From the human T2T-CHM13v2.0 reference genome, Homo sapiens, in the NCBI RefSeq assembly GCF_009914755.1, contig NC_060928.1: a stretch of DNA of 64,000 nucleotides. The stretch is one strand, 5' to 3'. Under the pieces are notes generated by a model. The model did no database searches, was not told where the DNA came from, and saw only the letters and a list, made by a program, of their open reading frames with translations. Below are positions 55,330 to 64,000 of the stretch, piece after piece. The translations under genes and the position numbers were made by a program. Each line of letters opens with the position of its first letter. Position 1 is the stretch's first letter.

Positions 55330-55900
55330 AGCAATGGACTGAATGTGTGTGCCCCCCTCCCCAAATTCAATTCATATGTTGAAACCCTAATTTCAATGTG
55401 ATGGCGTCAGGAGGTGGCAATTTTGGTAGGTGGTTAGATCATGAGGTTTGGCCCTCATCCCATAAGGATAGGGCCTTATAAGAAGAAGCCAGAGAGCCAG
55501 CTAGCCCTTCCTGCCATATGAAGATAAAATGAGAAGGTGGTCATCTGCAACATGGAAGAGAGCCCTCACCAGTATCTGACCATGCCGGCACCCTGATTTC
55601 CTGTTTGCAGGTAGGGTGTGGTCACTCACACCTGTAACCCCAGCACTTTGGGAAGCTGAGGTGGGAGGATCACTTGAGCCCAAGAGTTTGAGACCAGCCT
55701 GGGAAACGTGGTGAAACCCCACCTCTAGAAATAATTTTTAAGAAATTACCCAGGCATAGTGGCGCATGTCTGTGGTCCCAGCTACTCAGGAAGCAGAGGT
55801 GGGAGGACCACTTGAGCCTGGGAGTTTGAGGCTGCAGTGAGTGGAGATGGTGCCACTGCACTCCAGCCTGGGCAATGGAGTGAGACCCTGTCTCAAAAAA
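55330..55900 (+). mobile_element. MLT1A-like LTR fragment followed by an AluJ-like element (~55608-55900)
   Basis: GGACTGAATGTGTGTGCCCCC...AATTCATATGTTGAAACCCTAA, then an Alu with GGAGGATCACTTGAGCCCAAGAGTTTGAG. Confidence 0.8.
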
Positions 55901-56936
55901 TAATCCTCATTTGCCAATGCCCACAGCTTTGATGGGGACCTCCTAAAAGGGCCAAGAGGCCCATCCCTCTGGGGCCACAACTCACCCTTGTCATCTGAGG
56001 AGGATGCAGGTTCATGGAGTAGACTGCCCAGGTTCTAAGCCTGGCTCCATCACCTACACACTGGAGAGTCTGTGCCCAGTATTTGATGATCGTGCCTCAG
56101 TTTCCCCATCTATAAAATGGGGATGATAATAGTAGACCCGACCTTGCAGAGCTGTTGTGAGGCATTCACGGTTATTACACATGAAGTGCTACTCACAGTC
56201 CCTGGCAACAGGGTCAGTTGTCAGGATTGGCTCCTCCAAGTCATCCTCGTCATGAGGGCCATGACATTGTGTCAGCGCAGTGTGCCCACAGCTGGGCTCA
56301 TAGGAACAACAGCAGCTCTCCCAGGCCCTTCCTTGGTGTTCCAGGGCCACTGAAAGGATCAGCAGCATCGGTAACCAATGATTTTCTCTGCCCTGCAATG
56401 TAAACAAGTCCTCCCACACTTCTCCCCTCCACCCACACTGTTAAGTGATGCGGGCAGAGCAGAATTCTGTATTTTTCTGACTTACTATTACGCAAACAGA
56501 GGCTCCAACGATTGCACTGCTCAGTCCGAGGTAACTCATCTATGTTTGGGACAAACTTGCAGGTAAGTTCTCATTTTTCAGACATCCACTCAATTAACCC
56601 AATCTCTGGAGTCCCTACCAGGTACTGCCAGAAGCTCTCTTGGTTCCCTGACCTGGAACAGGATACAATCCTGGTCTAACCAAAGTCTCTCCCATCCCTA
56701 CCCACATTGTACCATCACCATCCACCCCAAGCCGGCAGGAGCACTCCATAAACACACTCTTCCCTTCTTAATGACACAGTGAAGATCAGGGTTAAATTCT
56801 CAGCCACTGACTTCCAAAATAAGCTCTTGAAATCCATAGAAGACACAATTTTGAAGCCCAAAGCATTCAACGGCAAGAGGCTAGCCTGCAGGGTTCGAAG
56901 TGTTTCACACACCTAGGAGTTGGTGGGGAGAGGTTC

Positions 56937-59309
56937 TTAGTATACAGAGTATACCACAAATAACAAAATTGGCAAAAATACATTACAAATAAAAACCAGT
57001 TTCCTAGCCCAACAGGAGGTAAGGTGCCAGGGGGACGAGGAAGAGAGGAGAATCGGGAAAGGGGCTGATGGGAGTGTGTTCCAGAAGGAGTTCCACACCA
57101 AATCCCTCCAGGAAGAACCATAGGGGTGGGGGATAATAGGGAATATTATAGAAACCCCAGGTAGGTAAGAGGTCAGGGGAACCGGAGAGGGAAATGGTAC
57201 CTGCTTATTAATTGCAGTTCCAGCCCCTGTGGGGTTGGCACCAGGGCTGCGAGGGGCATCTGGGCAGGACACTCTCACAGCATCCACCACCCCTGCATAG
57301 CACATTTCTTGTGCCCAGAAAGGGGTGCAGGCCTCAGGCCTCAGGTCTCAGCTAAGCCCGAGGGCTCCAGGGCCATCATGAGGAGACCCAAGCACAGGTG
57401 ACAGTGTGGGCACCCTCGTGACCAGTGGACAGGAGATCGACCTCAGAACATCAGGTCGGCAAATTGTGCACCTCCAGGTGCTCACGCGGTGGAACTGGGC
57501 ACCAGACACCCACTTGCCACATGACAACTGAAATCTATGAGAGAAGAGGGAGGGAGACACCCTGCGGTCACCTGAGTTTAAACTAAAATTAACTAGGAAA
57601 TCACTGAATTTGACAGGGCTTACCTGGCCACAACCTAAGGCTTTTTGCAAAATGAATGTTGGCTAGAAATGGAAATGAAGTTGTTATGGAAAAAAAAAAA
57701 AAGAGAGAAAATTCTGTTTTCACAACCTTTATCTGCAAGTTGTCAAATAGTGGATCAACAGCAGAAGGAATTGATTGGTCCCTGCTTTCACAGAGCCCTC
57801 TGAGATTCAAATTTATTTTCTCTGGAAATAATTTGATTATCCGTCTCATGCTACCCCCCACACACATGCACGCACACAAGAGGTGCAATTCTGTGGAAAG
57901 TTTGGGTACCTCCCATACTCATTAGCCTTCAAAACAAGTGCAACACAATCAGTGCAGGAGTCAGAGAGCTGAGAGTGACTCCGTGGGAAGCCCTTGGCTG
58001 TTCAATCCTCCCAGGTCCCCAAGAGGGAAGAGTAGACTCCCATAATTCAAAAAAAATGAAACAGCTTCAGGACAAATCACCAGAGTTCTCCGCATATCAC
58101 ACTGGATGTTCACTTTGTAAACTCCAAAAATAGAATCACAGAGAACTAAACAGAGAAGAGAGGGGGTGAGGAGTTACCAATACTGTGGGGAAAACATGGA
58201 GTGAGTGACCACCGTTGGATGCTCAGGATTGGGACCCACAGATCAAAACTCGGTTTCTCAACCTGTTCCTCCCAAGGACATACAGATCCAGCCCTGCAGC
58301 CCCCAGCACCAGCCCTGCCCACCCTGGCTCCCTTAGCTTCAGAGCCTCCTCACTCCTGTCTCTCCAGCCACAGTAAAATCCCTACAGCACTGGCACTGCA
58401 CCTCAAGCCTGAGCACATGCTGTTCCTTCTGCTTCCAACACCCTTCACTGACACAGCCTGCTGCTCGGCCCTCCAGGCTCAGGTGCAACGTTCTATTCTT
58501 CGTGTAGTTTACCTGAGGCACTCCCAGAAAGGGGGCTTCCTTCCACAATGCTTCACAACACCTATAGATGGCCCTGTATGGGATCTGTGTCCCCATGTAG
58601 ATAGTGAGCTCCTCTCCAGGAGACATTCGCTCATTCATTCATTCATCCATTGAACAAACATTTACTGAATATCTACTAGATGCCCATAAATAAATGACAC
58701 ACAGAAATGGTTGAAAGAATAAATAGATAATGATTCCACTTTCAGGCCAGGGAAGTCAGTATGGTGTGTTAGAAAGAACACAGGCTTCCGAGTCAGACAG
58801 ATGAGTTAGAAGCCTGACTCTGGAATTTGCTAAGCTGGTGACTCTGAGGGAATTACTCATCTGAGCCCAGTTTCCTCAGATATAAAAATGAGAACAGTAA
58901 CAGGTAATGTTTGCTTCTGATATTATTATTCATTACTCAAAACACAGAGTTATCAGGAGGAAGCAGGAATCTATGCAGAAGACAGGAGCTTCCTCTCCCT
59001 GCAAGAGAAGAGGCTGGACCATCTCTGGTTCCCTACTGGCCACATGGGAATTGGGCAGAGACGAGTTACCTACCCAAACCCTTTCTCCCTTTCTATCATA
59101 CTAGAGAGTCCCAATTTAAAATGACCTTTCTTATCATCCCTTGCAAGCTGGGGTGGTCATGGGACTCAGTTCTGTATAAAGATTTAGTATAAAGATTATA
59201 CCACAAATAACAAAATTGGCAAAAAAAACCATTACAAATAAAAATCCATTTTCTAGTCCAACAGGAGGTAAGGTGCTGCAGGGATGAGGAAGAGAGGAGA
59301 ATTGGGAAA
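56937..59309 (+). repeat. Dispersed ~125-bp direct repeat (copies at 56937-57060 and 59184-59309)
   Basis: Both copies read TTAGTATA.AGA.TATACCACAAATAACAAAATTGGCAAAAA...CATTACAAATAAAA.CCA.TT.CTAG.CCAACAGGAGGTAAGGTGC...GAGGAAGAGAGGAGAAT.GGGAAA. Confidence 0.9.
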
Positions 59310-59365
59310 TGATTTGCAAGAAGATGTCACTAAGTGGGGCTTCTGGAAAAGCTCTTAAAAGGGAA

Positions 59366-60174
59366 AAGAAGACATTTATGCAGCCACAAAACACATGAAA
59401 AAATGCTCACCATCACTGGCCATCAGAGAAATGCAAATCAAAACCACAATGAGATACCATCTCACACCAGTTAGAATGGCAATCATTAAAAAGTCAGGAA
59501 ACAACAGGTGCTGGAGAGGATGTGGAGAAACAGGAACACTTTTACACTGTTGGTGGGACTGTAAACTAGTTCAACCATTGTGGAAGTGAGGGTGGCAATT
59601 CCTCGGGGATCTAGAACTAGACATACCATTTGACCCAGCCATCCCATTACTGGGTATATACCCAAAGGACTATAAATCATGCTGCTATAAAGGCACATGC
59701 ATATGTATGTTTACTGCGGCACTGTTCACAATAGCAAAGACTTGGAACCAACCTAAATGTCCAACAACGATAGACTGGATTAAGGAAACGTGGCACATAT
59801 ACACCATGGAATACTATGCAGCCATAAAAAAATGATGAGTTCATGTCCTTTGTAGGGACATGGATGAAACTGGAAACCATCATTCTCAGCAAACTATCGC
59901 AAGGACAAAAAACCAAACACCGCATGTTCTCACTCATAGGTGGGAATTGAACAATGAGAACACATGGACACAGGAAGGGGAACATCATACACCAGGGACC
60001 ATTGTGGGGTGGGGGGATGGGGCAGGGATAGCATTAGGAGATATACCTAATGCTAAATGACGAGTTAGTGGGTGCAGCACACCAACATGGCACATGTATA
60101 CATATGTAACAAACCTGCATGTTGTGCACATGTACCCTAAAACTTAAAGTATAATAATAATAAAATTGAAAAAA
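59366..60174 (+). mobile_element. 5'-truncated L1PA (about 0.8 kb 3' end)
   Basis: ORF2 C-terminal peptide [25 protein letters not shown], intact 3'UTR, A tail, TSD AAAAGGGAA at a TT|AAAA endonuclease site. Confidence 0.95.
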
Positions 60175-60224
60175 AAAAGGGAACTGACATAGCTATTACA
60201 CTTTGCTCTATTGCTTTCTCCATC

Positions 60225-61746
60225 TGATGGCAGCAGCAGCCTGTCTAGAGTGGCTGCTGCCATCATGCTGGCTGCAGCAAGGAGGCATACTCCATGGAGC
60301 TGGTGGGAGCCAGGGACAAGTGGGAGCCCTGCACCTTCCAGATTGGTGGGGAAGGAGCTTCCCTGGTGCAGCCACAGCTGCCCAAGTTGTGACTGTGGAA
60401 CCAGGCCTTCTACTCCATGGAGCAGGCAGGAGCCCCACCCCTGTGGCCACAGCTACAGCCTCCCAAACCACAGCTGCAGACTCAGGAATCTCTGCACTCT
60501 TGGGGGTCCAGGAAGGCCCCCATGCCCTTGCAGGCTCAGAAATGCCTGCTCCCACTGCCTGGCTTCTCCCTGCTGTTGGTGCCTGCTCCGATCTCAGAGC
60601 AAAGTCAGGGCCAAGTCACAGCTTCGCCAGGTGTGCACACACTTTGGGCGGTGCTGACATGCCAGCCCCCCACTGCCTCAGCCCCCTCTGGACTTTGGAC
60701 ACCAATAAGCATAGGAGGGAAGCCAAAGGGGTGCTGAAGGCAGCTTATGGCTGGCCTGCAGGTGCCTCTTGGCACCTACAGCCTGGGCGCCATGAATGGC
60801 AGCAGGAGGCAGAGAGGTTCCTGGGTGGAAGGGGGCAGATCCCCAGTGAGGCACCACCTTCAGGCCCTCCTTCAGGGAGGGAGGATCTGTAGGCTGGGGG
60901 CCCAGCTGCCGGTCCCACGGACCAGAGTGGGAACTTGTGGTGCCTTTTCCAGGCCATTCATGGCCATCCATGGACCAACTGGCATACACTTCCTCCCCTC
61001 TGAAGCCCATACAAGCCCCAAGTTCAGCCAAAGCTGAGCAGACATCAGGATGACCAGCTGCAGAGAGGAGCTACCCACTCCTGGGCCTCCTCTGAGCTAC
61101 TGTGTCACTCAATAAAGCTCCTCTTCACCTTGCTTACCCTCCACTTGTCTGCGTGCTTCATTCTTCTTGGACGCAGGATAAGAACTTGGGACCTGCGGAA
61201 GGCAGGCTGAAAGAGCTATAACACAAACAGGGCTGAAACATACCCCTTGCTCGCCATGTTGTGGTTGAAGAGAAGAGAAGAGCTTCAGCCCTTCAGTAAG
61301 CCCAGACCTGGGAGCTCCCTGAGCCAAGGCTGTGACTTCCTCTTTGGGGCCCAGTGGTTCCTGGATTCTCCAAGCTTCCGTGTGCCACCGCATTCCCCAG
61401 TGGCAGCCATGGAAGCTACCTGTGGTGCACCTGGTCTAGCCACAGCCTCGCAGAGAGTCGGTGCCCACGCCGGCACCTGGAGCTGCCCACCCCATTGCAG
61501 CAGCTGGTGTGCCTGACTGTGCACGGTGGCTGGACCCCTCGCTGGTTCACTCACACACCCCTTGCCACTCCATGCCTTGCTGCCTTTGGCAGGCATGGGA
61601 TCTAGGCTGGTAGTGTGAGCCAAGCACAGCCTGCCAGGACAAGTGGGAAAAATGAACCCAGCAGGCCCAAGCAAAACTTGGGCAAAGGTGCCACCAGCCA
61701 CAGAGATTTCCAGCCAGAAAAGTGATACCCCAAAGATCCCTCAAAA
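60225..61746 (+). mobile_element. MER52-like ERV1 solo LTR (~1.5 kb, GC-rich)
   Basis: Starts TGATGGCAGCAGCAGCCTGTCTAGAG, AATAAAGCTCCTCTTCACCTTGCT at 61111, near TSD CATC/CTTC. Confidence 0.8.
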
Positions 61747-63217
61747 CTTCTCTTCACCTGGAATGAGGAAGAAATGATGGGAGCTGCAGCAGCCACCTTG
61801 AAACCATGAGACAACCTTGAGGGTGGAAGCCATGCATCTAGGATGACCAAGCAGAAAGATGGCATTGATGACATTGTGGAGCTCTTCTCCAGCCCACCTT
61901 GCCTACTTCTAAGTTGTGTGTCACATGTGAGGAAATTAAACACATATTTTATTTAAATCACTACTATTTACATGCAGTGGAACTCAATGTTTATCTGATG
62001 CAGAGAGTGTCTGCAGAAAATTTACCCAATCATAGAAAAGTACAATAATTGCTAAGAAGAATCATTTTGTGGTTGATTATTGTTATGTGAAATGGATTTT
62101 AGATACCCCTAAGCCAGAAATATGATTACAAGGTAAAATATGAAAAATTATTTTCTCTATTCCAAACCTGTGATTTCAGATATCATTTTTTGTGCTCTTA
62201 TCTGATGACAAAGGCAATAGAGATTCATTTACACAAATTTGGAAGCTACAGAAGGCACAAAGGAAAAATAAAAGAAAATCACCTGTAGATGACCCTCCAG
62301 GGACAAGCAGTGCTAACATTTGCTCTACTTTCCTTGTTGTTTTTATTTATATGTACTCACTTACTAAAACAAGAGCCCTTCCTTCCTTCCTTCCTTCCTT
62401 CTTTCTTTCTTCCGTCCCTCCCTCCCTCCCTCCCTGAATAGACAGTGATTGAAGGCTGGGTACTATCATTTAATACTGCTTCTTTTTTTATTACCATTAT
62501 TTACTAAAGCTTTCTCAGGTCATCAAATATTCATTAACATAATTTTGAAACTGAATAGCAACAATAAAACTAACCTACAATTTTTATATTAAGATATATT
62601 GTTATAATGTCAATATAATTTCATCAATAATACAACACAACTAGCCATCATTGATTAGGCACTTAACCTGTACTGGGTACCCGGGTACGGGAGTTTGCTT
62701 TCTATTTTACTCCCTGCAATAATTGTAAGATGAGGATTGTTTCATATCCTCCTTCGACAGGGGAATACAATGAGTAGTAAAGAGGTTGAAGAACTTGTCC
62801 AGGGTCTCACAGGTAGTCTGAGGGGCTAAGCAGAGCCTAACACAGGGGCTGTCCCCTGACAATGCCCACATGTGCATCTCCCATTCTGCCACACAGATTT
62901 TCTTCATAGTGATTTAAAGCATTTACCCATTTTCCAGCTGATGTGCTCATCATTGGACATTTAGTCTTTCTGATCTTCACGATCCGCTTACTTAGCCAGT
63001 GATACAGTCTCCATTTTACAAATAAGAAAAATGAAGCTGTGAGGTCAAACCCTCTCACAGAAGTGACAGAACCGAGAATGAACCCAGAATTCTGATTCCA
63101 AATACCAAGGACTTTGAGGTTTTTAATAAAAGTAATGCATATCCAAAGTTTAGAAGTAAATAACTGAATGAATTTTATGGCATAAGACAACAGGCCCTGC
63201 TCACTCTTCCTTCCCTT

Positions 63218-64000
63218 TATATGGTTTTGCTGTATCCCCCCAAATCTAATCTTGAATTCCCACATGTTTTGGGAGGTAATTGAATCATGGGGGCTGGTCT
63301 TTCCTGTGCTGTTCTTGTGATAGTGAATAAGTCTTATGAAATCTGATGGTTTTAAAAATGGGAGTTTGCCTGCACAAACTCATTTTGCCTGCTGTCATCC
63401 ATGTAATATGTGACTTGCTCCTCCTTGCTTTCTGCCATGATTGTGAAGCCTCCCCAGCCATGTGAAACTGTAAGTCTATTCAGCATTTTTCCTGTATAAA
63501 TTGCCCAGTCTCGGATGTGTCTTTATTAGCAGTGTGAAAATGAACTAATACAGTAAATTGGTACTGGGAGTGGGGTGCTGCTGAAAAGATACCCAAAAAT
63601 GTGGAAGCAACTTTGGAACTGGGTATCAGACATGTTGGAACAGTTTGGAGGGCTCAGAAGAAGACAGGAAAATGTGGGAAAGTTTGGAACTCCATAGAGA
63701 CTTGTTGAATGGCTTTGACCAAAATACTGATAATGATATGGACAATGAAATCCAGGCTGAGGTGGTCTCAGATGGAGATGAGGAACCTGTTGGGAACCAG
63801 AGCGAAGGTGACTCTTGTTATGTTTTAGCAAAGAGACTGGTGGCATTTTGCCCCTATCCTAGAGATTTGTGGAACTCTGAACTTAAAGAGATGATTTAGG
63901 GTATCCGGCGGAAGAAATTTCTAGCAGCAAAGCATTCAAGAGGTGACTTGCGTGCTGTTAAAGGCATTCAGTTTTAAAGGGGAAACAGAGCATAAAAGTT
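63218..64000 (+). mobile_element. THE1B-like LTR (~63218-63552) plus THE1 internal sequence running off the right edge
   Basis: ATATGGTTTTGCTGTATCCCC...GAACTAATACA, then GTAAATTGGTAC; ORF remnant MEGSEEDRKMWESLEL homologous to 27206-26532. Confidence 0.9.

Noticed and set aside
60203-61744. Dense overlapping ORFs up to 229 aa
   Set aside because: All lie in a GC-rich MER52-like LTR where stop codons are rare; no recognisable domain.
62677-62688. 12-bp palindrome GTACCCGGGTAC
   Set aside because: Short enough to arise by chance in 64 kb, within MIR-like sequence, with no supporting context.

Overview
This is primate (most likely human) genomic DNA, not prokaryotic, and it is mostly transposon-derived. 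From recalled protein sequences I recognise it as the 4p16.2 interval at the 3' end of STK32B. It holds the last coding exon (12383-12521) and ~1.9 kb 3'UTR of STK32B on +, and the small spliced C4orf6/LINC01587 unit (93-aa ORF, exons near 38.8, 39.7 and 40.8-41.2 kb). EVC2 is expected just beyond the right edge on the - strand. Repeats include two full-length but dead L1PA3/PA4-type elements in inverted orientation flanking the STK32B terminal exon, two ERV1 (MER4-group-like) proviral remnants with nested insertions, THE1/MST/MLT/MER52/MER61 LTRs, Alus, old L1M and nested DNA transposons. Almost all long ORFs in the supplied track are L1 or LTR fragments. The best leads are: (1) an L1 ORF0 whose second splice donor is in frame with the native STK32B C-terminal exon 2.5 kb downstream; (2) the C4orf6 ORF assembled from antisense ERV sequence; (3) shared non-consensus variants between the two inverted L1s; (4) deletion-plus-templated-insertion scars in L1 UTRs; (5) candidate minus-strand micro-exons. 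No CRISPR, tRNA or rRNA was seen. Repeat subfamily names are from memory and need RepeatMasker/Dfam confirmation.
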